Origin: Chthonomonadales bacterium
Lineage (GTDB): Bacteria > Armatimonadota > Chthonomonadetes > Chthonomonadales > CAJBBX01
Length of the DNA: 64,000 nt
Direction of reading: 5' to 3'
Assembly: GCA_049967475.1 (NCBI GenBank)
Contig: JBMFSQ010000003.1
Location: 120,587 to 184,586, forward strand
The position numbers were made by a program, and so were the translations under genes. This document shows positions 39,257 through 48,789 of the stretch, piece after piece (position 1 is the stretch's first letter; each line of letters opens with the position of its first letter). A model generated the notes under the pieces. That model had not been told where the DNA came from. It ran no database searches and saw only the letters and a list, made by a program, of their open reading frames with translations.

Positions 39257-39499
39257 TTTTGTGGGCGCATTCTTTATCATTCCAAACGCCGATTGCCGCC
39301 AGGAGAATATGCCTCTCCTTGGGGCGTGCAGGTTTGAGAATGCGCAGCGCAGGCGCCGGGTTGCGCTGCCGGGCGAGCAGGGCGGCAGTCGTTTTCTCTG
39401 CTTGGTGTACTGCGCCCATGTGGGGGGCGCCCGGCGGTGGGTTCTGGACAGCCGCGCCGCAGGTCGGATCGCCGGCTGTCGTATCCAAGGAGCATAGCC

Positions 39500-42400
39500 A
39501 TGGGGCTCACTAGTCTTTCGATCCGCAGGCCGGTGTTCATCTTGATGGTTGTGTCGGCCCTGATCGTTTTGGGCATCAATTCCATGAGCAAGATGAACCT
39601 GGAACTGAACCCTCGCGTAGACGTTCCCTACATCTCAGTCCTCACCTCGTACCCTGGCGCCGGCCCTGAGGAGATTGAAACCCAGGTCACCAAGAAGATC
39701 GAGGATGCGGTGGCCAGCGTGAATGGGATAGACCAGATTACGTCCAGCTCCCAGGAAGGCATCTCATCGGTGCTGATCAAGTTCCGCATCGGAGTGTCCT
39801 CCGACGTGGCGGCGTCCGACGTGCGCGAGAAGGTGAGCGCCGCACGCGGTTCTCTGCCGCTGGCCGTGAAGGATCCCGTGATCCTCAAGTTTGACATCAA
39901 CTCCATGCCCATCATCTATTACGGCGTGGTGGGCAAGCGGCCCAGCCGTGAGATACGCGATCTTGCAGACAACGTCATCAAGCCTCAGCTTGGCAAGGTC
40001 CCAGGTGTAGCGGCAGTAAACGTTACCGGCGGCAACGTACGGGAAATCCGCGTGTCGGTGCACAAGGACCGCCTGGATGCGTACGGCATCGGCATCCAGC
40101 AGCTCGTGGCCCTCATCCAGAGCACCAACCTGAACTTCCCGGTGGGGCACGTGATTGAGGGCAACCGCGAATACAACGTTCGGGTAGTGGGCGAATACCC
40201 GAATGTGGAGAGCATCGGGCAGACGCGGCTGCACATGCCCAACGGCCAAACGGTGAAGCTCTCCGATATCGCCGACGTTCAAGACACGGTTGAAGAGCAG
40301 CGGGATATCAGCCGCATCAATCGTCAAGACTCCGTTGCCATCGTGGTGCAGAAGACCTCAGAAGGCAATACCGTGGAGGTAGCCCGAGGTGTGCGCGCGG
40401 AAGTCGCGAAGCTCCAGAAGATCCTCCCCCCGGATATCCACTTCGTCCTCAACCAAGATACCTCCGTCAATGTTGAGAACAACGTAGAAGATGTAAAGGC
40501 CAGCCTCTTCCTTGGCGCGTTCCTCGCCGTTCTCGTGGTGTACCTGTTCCTTCACAACGTCCGCGGCACGATCATCGTAGCGATCGCGATTCCTACTTCC
40601 ATTTTGGCAACCTTCCTCCCCATGTACGCGTTCGGCTTCACGCTGAATGGAATGACGTTGATGGCGCTTTCGCTGGCTGTGGGGATCCTCGTGGACGACT
40701 CTATCGTGGTCATCGAGAATATCTACCGTCATCTCGCCCGCGGCGAAGAGCCGGTAGAGGCCGCTCTCAACGGGCGCAGCGAGATAGGGCTTGCCGCCAT
40801 CACGATCACTTTCGTGGATGTGGTGGTGTTTGTCCCCATCGCCTTTATGGGCGGCATTGTGGGCCAATTCTTCAAGTCTTTCGGCATCACCGTGGCTAGT
40901 GCTACGCTGTTCTCGCTGTTCGTGTCCTTCACCCTTACACCCATGCTGGCGTCGCGATGGTTTCGTGCCGGGGAGGTGTTGGAGACGACACGAGGCGTCT
41001 TTGGCGCCATCGAGGGCTTCTATCATGCGTTGGACCGCCATTACCGGTGGGCTCTCGCCTGGGCTCTGCGATACCGCGGCATCGTAGTATATGTGGGCTC
41101 GGGCCTCCTTGTGCTCATCTTTGTGGCCATTATCTCTTCTGTTCTCGGGGCTGCCTTCACGCGCTTGCTCCCGTGGGTCATTGGCCTCTTCGTCATCGGC
41201 GGCCTCGTTCTGCTCACTCCTTATCGCCTGCTGGGGCTGCTGGTGACGGCCGGAGGTGTAGCTGCCGTATTCGCCGCCTTCGGCATCGGGGCCGCAGCCG
41301 GGCATCCTCTGCTGCTCTTCCGGTTCGCCCCGGACCAGGACCAGGGGCAGGTGTCCATTATCGGGGAACTGCCGGCGGGTACCTCCATCAGCCGGACGCT
41401 TTCCGTTGCGAAGCACATCGAGAACGTAGTGGCTTCTGAGCCGGACGTCAAGAACATTTTTACCGAAGTCGGCGCTACGGCCAGCGGGGTGGCGGGCGGC
41501 AATGCCAGCATCGGGCCCCAGTACTTCACCATGAGCTTAAAGCTGCGGGACAGAATGAGTTTGGGGGACAGCATCAATCCCTTCGTCAATAAGTCCAATT
41601 TGCGCAAGATCCCAGACACCCAGGTGGCAGCGATCCTTCGCCACAAGATCGGCAAATTGCCGGGCGTCACCCTGAAGATCGCCGCGGTAACCGGGTTTGG
41701 GGGAGGTGGAGCGCCCCTCGAGGTAGATCTGGAAGGGAGCGACGTACGCGAACTCACTGCTTTGGGCGAAAAGGTCCTGGCGATCTTCAAACAGGAACCT
41801 GGAGTGCTCAATCCGGACATTTCTGTGCGCATCGGCAAGCCGGAACAGCGCATAATCGTGGATCCGGTGCGAGCCGCGGCCATGGGCCTTACGGTGGCTC
41901 AGGTGGCCAATGCCCTGCGGGTGTCGCTGGAGGGCGACGACACCTTGGTGTACCGCGAACATGGCAACGAATACACGATACGGGTGCAGCTCTCCGACCG
42001 CGACCGGCACGACACGGGCAAGATCCCAGAGTTGGTGGTAGGCACAATGGTGCTCCCCGGAGGCACAGTGCAGCCGATCCGCCTGGCAGACGTGGCGAGC
42101 ATCCTTCCATCCACGGGACCCACAAAGATTGATCGGATGGACCGCCAAAAGCTCGTGGCGGTTACGGCGAATGTTGCGCCAGGGTATGCGCCCGGCAATA
42201 TGCAGTTGAACATAGACAAGAAGCTGGCGGCTATAAACTTCGGCAAGAACATCTACAAGTGGGGCGGCGAGAACAAGCTTCAGGCCGATGAAGGGAAGTA
42301 CATGGTCGCTGCACTGGCGCTGGCCATCGTGCTGGTCTACATGCTGATGGCTGCCCTGTTCGACAATCTGCTGTATCCCTTCATCATCATGCTTTCCTTG

Positions 42401-42865
42401 CCGCAGGCAATGGTTGGGGCCCTATTGGGATTGATGGTAGCTCATCACTCGCTCACCATCGTCTCCATGATCGGCATCATCATGCTCGTGGGGCTGGTGA
42501 CGAAGAACGCCATTCTGCTGGTGGATTATACAAACACCCTCAGAAGCCGCGGCCTTTCCCGAACGGATGCCATTCTCGAGGCCGGTCCAACCCGCCTGCG
42601 GCCGATCCTCATGACCACGATCGCCATGGTCTTCGGCATGCTGCCCACTGCTCTTGGGCTCGGGCGTGGAGCGGAGTTTCGAGCGCCCTTGGCGAGCCCC
42701 GTTATCGGCGGTTTGATCCTCTCCACGATGCTGACCTTACTCGTGATCCCCTGCGTGTACACGTATTTCGATGACTTCAGTCGTTTCATTGGGCGTAGGA
42801 TCTTTGGCCGAAGGCTCGAGCCGGCGCCCCGCCTGCAGCGTGAAGAACCCGCACCGGTGGATTAG
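39500..42865 (+). CDS. AcrB-family RND permease with an extra hydrophobic insertion
   Basis: SIRRPV, YPGAGPEEIE, VDDSIVVIENI, VTKNAILL, RLRPILMT; AAGGAG RBS before ATG 39500. Confidence 0.95.
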   Translation: MGLTSLSIRRPVFILMVVSALIVLGINSMSKMNLELNPRVDVPYISVLTSYPGAGPEEIETQVTKKIEDAVASVNGIDQITSSSQEGISSVLIKFRIGVSSDVAASDVREKVSAARGSLPLAVKDPVILKFDINSMPIIYYGVVGKRPSREIRDLADNVIKPQLGKVPGVAAVNVTGGNVREIRVSVHKDRLDAYGIGIQQLVALIQSTNLNFPVGHVIEGNREYNVRVVGEYPNVESIGQTRLHMPNGQTVKLSDIADVQDTVEEQRDISRINRQDSVAIVVQKTSEGNTVEVARGVRAEVAKLQKILPPDIHFVLNQDTSVNVENNVEDVKASLFLGAFLAVLVVYLFLHNVRGTIIVAIAIPTSILATFLPMYAFGFTLNGMTLMALSLAVGILVDDSIVVIENIYRHLARGEEPVEAALNGRSEIGLAAITITFVDVVVFVPIAFMGGIVGQFFKSFGITVASATLFSLFVSFTLTPMLASRWFRAGEVLETTRGVFGAIEGFYHALDRHYRWALAWALRYRGIVVYVGSGLLVLIFVAIISSVLGAAFTRLLPWVIGLFVIGGLVLLTPYRLLGLLVTAGGVAAVFAAFGIGAAAGHPLLLFRFAPDQDQGQVSIIGELPAGTSISRTLSVAKHIENVVASEPDVKNIFTEVGATASGVAGGNASIGPQYFTMSLKLRDRMSLGDSINPFVNKSNLRKIPDTQVAAILRHKIGKLPGVTLKIAAVTGFGGGGAPLEVDLEGSDVRELTALGEKVLAIFKQEPGVLNPDISVRIGKPEQRIIVDPVRAAAMGLTVAQVANALRVSLEGDDTLVYREHGNEYTIRVQLSDRDRHDTGKIPELVVGTMVLPGGTVQPIRLADVASILPSTGPTKIDRMDRQKLVAVTANVAPGYAPGNMQLNIDKKLAAINFGKNIYKWGGENKLQADEGKYMVAALALAIVLVYMLMAALFDNLLYPFIIMLSLPQAMVGALLGLMVAHHSLTIVSMIGIIMLVGLVTKNAILLVDYTNTLRSRGLSRTDAILEAGPTRLRPILMTTIAMVFGMLPTALGLGRGAEFRAPLASPVIGGLILSTMLTLLVIPCVYTYFDDFSRFIGRRIFGRRLEPAPRLQREEPAPVD

Positions 42866-42959
42866 GTATGCGCCTCGCTGCCTTATAGGTAACGGGTGCG
42901 CTGATGGAAGCGTATAGACTGAAGGGGAGAAGAACACGAAACCGTAGAGGGAACACGCC

Positions 42960-43229
42960 ATGGCAGCGATCTGGTGGGTTCTGCTTGGAATGGTTGTGGG
43001 CCTCTCCACACGCCGCCTGATGCCGCGGGAGGACACGGACTCCGTGCTTTTGGATATCTTGGCGGGCGCCGTAGGAGGCGCCACAGGCGGGTATCTGTTC
43101 CGCACCTACTCCCTCGGGCATGTAGTGCAATACGCAGCCTGGTGGAGTTCGCTGCTCGCCCTGGTGGGTGCGTCGGCCATCGTCCTACTGGTCACCGGCC
43201 TTACCATGCGAGAACAAGAGGAAGTTTAG
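42960..43229 (+). CDS. GlsB/YeaQ/YmgE family small membrane protein
   Basis: WVLLG.VVG....LMP, DIL.G.VG..GG.LF, ALVGA.AI three-helix pattern. Confidence 0.8.
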   Translation: MAAIWWVLLGMVVGLSTRRLMPREDTDSVLLDILAGAVGGATGGYLFRTYSLGHVVQYAAWWSSLLALVGASAIVLLVTGLTMREQEEV

Positions 43230-43273
43230 CCGCAGCCCCATCCTCGGCAGCATGTGCGGCCGGTACGGGTGCT

Positions 43274-44455
43274 TCAAAACGGCCCCATGTCGCGGATGCG
43301 CATCTTTGCAGGCTGAACTCGGGAGGGGGGCACGATGAGCCCTGCGGCGCCGCATTGAACTGCGATCTCCAGGGCTTCCTCGGGAACCGCAGCGATGAGC
43401 GGCACCATGATGGGGCGTAGGAGGGTGGCGAGGTCGCTGAGCCATTCGGTTATCCGCTCACTCCACTGCGCGGGTTGCGAGCAAAGGCGGGCAATTACCC
43501 GATTGATGTTGAGCTCCGTGATGCTCTCGTCCGCCTCATCGCTCTCTGTTGCGGTAGCCGCCAACGAAAACGGCAGGTACAAGAGGTCATGGGCAATCAG
43601 GTCGTCCGCGCACGCCGCCATCTCACGGCGCAGAGCCTGGAAGCCTTGCTTGCCTATGGCTAGCGGCAACGCATAGCTGATTTGAGCGCGGGCGGCGGCG
43701 CGCATCATGGGGGAGATCGCTGCAGGATGGCGTTCGCCGTAGACGATAAGAGGCTTGCCTGCCGCAGCCTCGCCCGCAAGGCATAGCGTGTCGAAGAGCA
43801 TCGTTGGTTCCTCTGCCGCGTCGAGGGCCGCGGTGAGGGGAAGGAGGATCTCGTCGGCGCCCTCTTCAACACCCTCGCGCACTTCGTCCAGGTGACGAGC
43901 GTCCGCAACTACGTGGACTGGGCGGAGGTCCAAAGTGTGGGCTATGAGATGCCGCTGATCCAGGTGGATGCGATAACGGGGTGCGATGTGCTCTCGCTCA
44001 GCCTGAAAATGCGCCAGGTGTTCGGGTGACGGATCCAGGATCACTACACCGCGGTCTGCATCCAAGAGCGCCAGTGTGCCGCTGCGCGCATGCCTAAGGA
44101 GCCCTGGCACGTTTGCTACGACGGGGAGCGGCGCGCAATCTCCAGCCGCTACCTCTTGTTCGAAGGCAATCCCAACCACGCGGCTTTCACCCAAGGACAC
44201 GGAGGCTGCCGCAGCGGTGTTGGCTGCTACCAAGATGACGTCGGCGGGCTCAGAGCTATGACGCCGCCGGGGAGTGCTCGTTCCCGTAACGAACGCCGAG
44301 GGCGCTTCGTATGCGCGACCTTCCGGGTCCACATGGAATTCCTCGCCTACGTTGACATCCTCGGAACGTTCGGGTTGTGGCCGGCCGGCAGTTGCGGCGA
44401 TCCGGACGACGCCGAGCACGGCACCCCCGCCCAACGGTCTTCCATGAAGGATCAT
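43274..44455 (-). CDS. Degenerate PTS enzyme I (PtsI)-like protein lacking catalytic motifs
   Basis: Collinear resemblance to EI: N-terminal strand, swivel domain (VILVA...VVGI...LPVV....G...LDADRG.VILDP), TLD...V.V.A.......GA, C-terminal barrel end; AAGGGGG RBS before ATG 44455. Confidence 0.7.
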   Translation of the reverse strand: MILHGRPLGGGAVLGVVRIAATAGRPQPERSEDVNVGEEFHVDPEGRAYEAPSAFVTGTSTPRRRHSSEPADVILVAANTAAAASVSLGESRVVGIAFEQEVAAGDCAPLPVVANVPGLLRHARSGTLALLDADRGVVILDPSPEHLAHFQAEREHIAPRYRIHLDQRHLIAHTLDLRPVHVVADARHLDEVREGVEEGADEILLPLTAALDAAEEPTMLFDTLCLAGEAAAGKPLIVYGERHPAAISPMMRAAARAQISYALPLAIGKQGFQALRREMAACADDLIAHDLLYLPFSLAATATESDEADESITELNINRVIARLCSQPAQWSERITEWLSDLATLLRPIMVPLIAAVPEEALEIAVQCGAAGLIVPPSRVQPAKMRIRDMGPF

Positions 44456-44792
44456 CGTTTCCCCCTTGAACCACAAAAGCCGGCGCGCCGCCGAAAACTC
44501 GCCTTGAGACCATTATGCCAGAAGATTCGTTGCTGGTGTGATGCAGCAGGAGTCCTATTTGCGCCCACTTGCGCTCCAGGGACCGGCACATTGTAGTTAT
44601 GGGGCCCCAGTTCCGGTCTATGGAGGTGAGCGACCACGATTGCACTGCAGCGCTCAGGGGCCTGCCATCGGACCCATGAGGCCTCACTAGCAAGGTTGCG
44701 GGTCTTCGGGACTTGGCAGCCAATCACGCATTTTCACGGATATTCACCCTGAAGGATCCTGCCGTTAATAACAGTGTCATCAGAGAGGAGGG

Positions 44793-45050
44793 ATGCAGGT
44801 GGTCATCTCGGACGCCAAGAAGCTCGTCGGCAATGTATGCGAGATCTGGTGGCGTAACCGGAATGGAGAAATGGTACGCACCATCTCGAAGATCCACGAC
44901 GCCACCTTTGTCCCGCTATACGGAGGTTATCTGATTACGGACACCGACGACATCCGGCTGGATCGCGTTACTTCGATTGCCGTGGTAACAGATCCACGAG
45001 CCGGCGAACCGGCTCACCCTGCAAACACTCAGATGCCCGTGGCAGCTTAG
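44793..45050 (+). CDS. Small hypothetical protein, possible Sm/SH3-like beta fold
   Basis: Strong GAGGAGGG RBS, beta-strand pattern ending IRLDRVTSI. Confidence 0.75.
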   Translation: MQVVISDAKKLVGNVCEIWWRNRNGEMVRTISKIHDATFVPLYGGYLITDTDDIRLDRVTSIAVVTDPRAGEPAHPANTQMPVAA

Positions 45051-45309
45051 GCAGGGGGTGTCCGATAGGCAGGCGCGGACCAGGCCAAACCAGGCGAGGA
45101 CCGCGCCTGCTCTTCCTTTGAGCAGGCTCCGGCGGGCTTCAACCAACGAGCAGCTCCAGCGCTAACAGGCAATCGGCAGCCTGGTATCGTGGGTGGGCAG
45201 TCCCGGCCGAAAGTGCGGAATGCTGCATGCGCTCTTCGTCGCGCTTCCGTGAAGCCATGGGATGGAGCCGGTCTCGTGCACCCCACAGCCATCGCGTGAG
45301 ACGCCGCCA

Positions 45310-46833
45310 TCACCGGACCGGAGTGAAGAGGAAGGTTCCTGTTGCTGCTGCTTGGGCAACTGCTTTCGTCCGCACCATGCCGACGGCATCCGCAAGCGCC
45401 CGTTCCAAAATGCAGGAGACCAGCTCTGCGGCCCCATGTCCATCGTGCGTCAGGACGCCGGCGAGGGCTGCAGCGGAACAGAGATCCCAATCCTCCGAAG
45501 GATGCGCCGCCTGGCTCGCAACGAACCCGGCCAGCGTGCGCATCCCGTCGGCTCCATGTGTCAAGAGAGAGGTTACGGCCGTAAGCTGTACCACCATGTT
45601 CCCGGCATAGAGCAGTTGTTCCAGGGTGGAGACCGCCGCCGGTGACCCTGTCGCACCCATAAGACGTCGTGCCGCGACGGCCCGGAACTCGTCTACGCCG
45701 GCTCTGGCAAGGTAGATGATTTCATGGAGGGATCGGTCTCGAAGTGGCTGTACGGGATCTTCCAGCAGCGAAGAGATGATGGATGCCGGTAAACCGGCCT
45801 GGATCATTGCTGCTTCAGCGAGGTACTGCGCAGCCGCGTCGTGCCTGAGTTCGCCGGCGAAGCTCTGCGGAATGTTGCCGGTCCTATCGGGAGAGGCTGC
45901 ATCGAACCCGCGCGCGATGGTGTTTGCTTCGTCCTCCAGGATCTCAGCAGCCCACCTCAGCCGGTTGGCGAAGGCGGTGCGGGCTTTTCCTGCGGCGCAG
46001 TGGAGGAATTCCACGCCCACGCTCCATCGGCTCTCCCAATCCGAGCGGATGGAGGCGATGCCCTCCTGCTCCCGGGGCTGAGTAGATCGCCCACCGCCAT
46101 GGATGGCGGCCTCTACAAAGGCCAGGGCCGCGCGCCCCAGTGCATGCCATCTCAGAACGCCGTCCGCACACACGTCGGGATACGGCTCCAGCCAGCGCAC
46201 GGCGGCCCATTCAGCCAGAGCCCGGGCAAGGCGCCACTTGCGGCGTCCCACCGCTTCTTTCGGATGGACTACGCGGTAGAGCCGCAAAGCCGACGGAAGA
46301 ACGACCCCACGCCCCGGCCCTTCCCCTATCGGCAGATTGTTGTTCCCAAGCACCAGCATCGTGCGAGGTACCTGCTCGTCGGCGTTCCAGAACAAAACGC
46401 CCGAGCCATGGTCGTGGAACCAGGCCACGGAGCGGCGTCGGATATACCGCCGCAAGAGCTGAGCAGGCATGCGCCGGCTAGGTGCGAGCGGCATCGCCCG
46501 GAACCCGGCACGGGAAAGAGCCTCCCGGCCCAACACTTCTTCAGCGCGTAGGACAGCGCACCCGCATTCGGGCGAACAAAACGCCGTCCGAGCCGGATAT
46601 CCAGAAAGACCTGCAAGCCACACCGGGTCCGTACTGGGGCGCAGGGCCAAGACGGCAGGAATCCATGGGCCGCGCCAGGAACGGGAATGGGAACGGATGG
46701 GCTCCGGGTGTTCCAAATTAGCCTCCAATATGATGTGTTCTACCCTTCCTTTGAACCTTTGCCCGCTCCCATCGTCTGTATCCACCGGAAGGAAGGGCAA
46801 GGATGTCCTTCGGATTGCCCGCTCCATCCGCAT
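45310..46833 (-). CDS. Hypothetical protein with C-terminal HEAT-like repeats (start uncertain)
   Basis: 507-codon ORF filling the gap; helical repeats such as LERAL.D...MVR..AVA. Confidence 0.6.
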   Translation of the reverse strand: MRMERAIRRTSLPFLPVDTDDGSGQRFKGRVEHIILEANLEHPEPIRSHSRSWRGPWIPAVLALRPSTDPVWLAGLSGYPARTAFCSPECGCAVLRAEEVLGREALSRAGFRAMPLAPSRRMPAQLLRRYIRRRSVAWFHDHGSGVLFWNADEQVPRTMLVLGNNNLPIGEGPGRGVVLPSALRLYRVVHPKEAVGRRKWRLARALAEWAAVRWLEPYPDVCADGVLRWHALGRAALAFVEAAIHGGGRSTQPREQEGIASIRSDWESRWSVGVEFLHCAAGKARTAFANRLRWAAEILEDEANTIARGFDAASPDRTGNIPQSFAGELRHDAAAQYLAEAAMIQAGLPASIISSLLEDPVQPLRDRSLHEIIYLARAGVDEFRAVAARRLMGATGSPAAVSTLEQLLYAGNMVVQLTAVTSLLTHGADGMRTLAGFVASQAAHPSEDWDLCSAAALAGVLTHDGHGAAELVSCILERALADAVGMVRTKAVAQAAATGTFLFTPVR

Positions 46834-46862
46834 GACGATTACTCTCAGCGAAGGAGGCGCAA

Positions 46863-47507
46863 ATGAAGCGAGTGCGTGTCGGTTCTCTACTTGCCCTTAC
46901 AGGTGTCTTGCTTGCCGGAGTTCTTCTGACGGCGTCGGCGCAGACGCCCGGGGCCCCACGTCGTCAACGGGCGGGAATTCGCGTGCCCGTTGTAACGGTT
47001 CCTCTTGAAACCCTCGAAGCCACCTTGAAGCTCACTGCGGACCAGAAGACCAAGATCAAGGCTATTCAGGACAAGTTCGACACGGATGCGAAACCGCTCC
47101 GCCCTGCGCCAGGCAGTCCGAGAGATCCTGCGAACATGCAGAAGCTCCGGGATCTTACCAATCAGGCTGATCGCGACATCCAGGCGCTCCTCACCCCGGA
47201 GCAAACCGAAAAGCTTCGGGAGGTTGCACCAATTTGGTCCGCCCTCCGGTCTGCCGGGATCGCTCTCGATCTGCTTCCCCAACTGAAGCTTACCGCAGAG
47301 CAGAATGAAAAGATCGCCGCAGTCGTCAAGGAAATGGGCGAAAAGCTCCGCGGCCTCTCCCCGGATGAGAGGCGGACCCAGGGGCGAGAGCTGAGGCAGG
47401 AAGCCCGCAACAAGATCGAAGCGCTGCTAACGGAACAACAAAAAGAAGTCCTTCGCAAGTATCAGGAAGAGCATCGGGTGCGCGGGCGCCGGCGCGGATC
47501 TGCCTGA
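46863..47507 (+). CDS. Periplasmic Spy/CpxP-like LTXXQ protein
   Basis: AAGGAGG RBS, signal peptide, four LTxxQ motifs (LTADQ, LTPEQ, LTAEQ, LTEQQ). Confidence 0.85.
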   Translation: MKRVRVGSLLALTGVLLAGVLLTASAQTPGAPRRQRAGIRVPVVTVPLETLEATLKLTADQKTKIKAIQDKFDTDAKPLRPAPGSPRDPANMQKLRDLTNQADRDIQALLTPEQTEKLREVAPIWSALRSAGIALDLLPQLKLTAEQNEKIAAVVKEMGEKLRGLSPDERRTQGRELRQEARNKIEALLTEQQKEVLRKYQEEHRVRGRRRGSA

Positions 47508-47537
47508 ATACAGAACGAGCGTTTTCTTTGCCGCACG

Positions 47538-47570
47538 GGGGGCCGGCGCGTGCCGACCCCCATTTTCTTT
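47538..47570 (+). terminator. Rho-independent terminator
   Basis: GGGGGCCGGC-GCGT-GCCGACCCCC stem-loop followed by ATTTTCTTT. Confidence 0.6.
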
Positions 47571-47706
47571 CCGCACTAGGTTTCGTGGCTCCGCCGGGCG
47601 CTCCTCTCTTGATCGCGAGCAGGATACGGAGTACGATGGATTGCTCGTGCCCCTGGATTATGGTGATGTTCAAAGGACACGCCGGCTGGAGGCTGGATTT
47701 CTTACG

Positions 47707-48723
47707 ATGAAGGCGCTTGTATACACTGCTCCGGGCCGCGTGGAGATGAAGGACGTCCCGCTGCCGCATGCGGGAACCGGAGAGGTTCTCGTGCGGGTGC
47801 TGGCGGCCGGCGTTTGCGGGGTGGACCTTCACGGGTTCAAAGGCACCAGCAGCCGCATCCACCCACCGGCTATCCTGGGTCATGAAGTTGTGGGTGTCGT
47901 GGCATCTGCTTCAGCCGGGAACAACGGGTTGTGGTTGGGTGAGCGAGTGGTTGTCAACCCTTTGCTGCCGTGCGGCGATTGCCCCGAATGCGGGCAGAGC
48001 CGCCCAAACCTCTGCCGAAGGCTGCGCTTGCTCGGGACGGATGGACTGCCGGGCGCCTTCGCAGAGTTCGTGCGTGTGAGCGCTGCGTGCGTGCTTCCAT
48101 GCCCGCCCCACCTCTCCGACGGGGCTGCTCTGGCCGCCGAACCTCTTGCCAATGCCATCCACCTGATGAACGTTGCCGATCCGAAACCGGAAGCCCGCAT
48201 CGTGGTGTTCGGCGCCGGCGTCCAGGGCATCCTCTTTCTGCAGCTTGCCCGGGCTCGGGGATGCTCCTCCATCGCGGTCGTGGATCGGCAGCCTTCTCGA
48301 CTGGAAATCGCTCGCCGCCTCGGTGCAGAACTCACCGTCCTCTCCTCGACCGACAACGTGGAAGCCGTGTGCGACCGCTGGAGCGACGGATGTGGTGCGG
48401 ATCTTGTGGTAGAGGCCGCCGGTGCTGAAGAAACACGCCGAGCGTCGGTTCGTGTTCTTAGGCCCGGCGGTCGGCTGGTCCTCCTCGGGCTCCAACGACC
48501 GGAAGGATTGCTGGCGTTCGACACGGTAGTTCGCCGCGAGCTGGATCTGCGCGGTTCCTTCGGATATACGCCGCAGGACTTCGCGGCATCTTTGAAAGCC
48601 CTTGCTGACGGGGAGGTGTCCCTGGAGGCATGGACCCGCACGATGCCGCTGGAGGAAGGCCAGCGTGCCTTGGAAGTCCTGGGTCACCAAGGCAGCGTCC
48701 TCAAGATTGCACTCGTGCCGTAG
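47707..48723 (+). CDS. Zinc-dependent sugar/polyol dehydrogenase (MDR family)
   Basis: GVCGVD, GHE, C..C..C.......C structural Zn site, AEP, GAGVQG; GGAGG upstream of ATG 47707. Confidence 0.92.
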   Translation: MKALVYTAPGRVEMKDVPLPHAGTGEVLVRVLAAGVCGVDLHGFKGTSSRIHPPAILGHEVVGVVASASAGNNGLWLGERVVVNPLLPCGDCPECGQSRPNLCRRLRLLGTDGLPGAFAEFVRVSAACVLPCPPHLSDGAALAAEPLANAIHLMNVADPKPEARIVVFGAGVQGILFLQLARARGCSSIAVVDRQPSRLEIARRLGAELTVLSSTDNVEAVCDRWSDGCGADLVVEAAGAEETRRASVRVLRPGGRLVLLGLQRPEGLLAFDTVVRRELDLRGSFGYTPQDFAASLKALADGEVSLEAWTRTMPLEEGQRALEVLGHQGSVLKIALVP

Positions 48724-48789
48724 CAGCACGGGTATGGAGCGCTTTGATGACCCTGGAATGGTCTGCGGCCGATTGCGGGCACGAGACAT

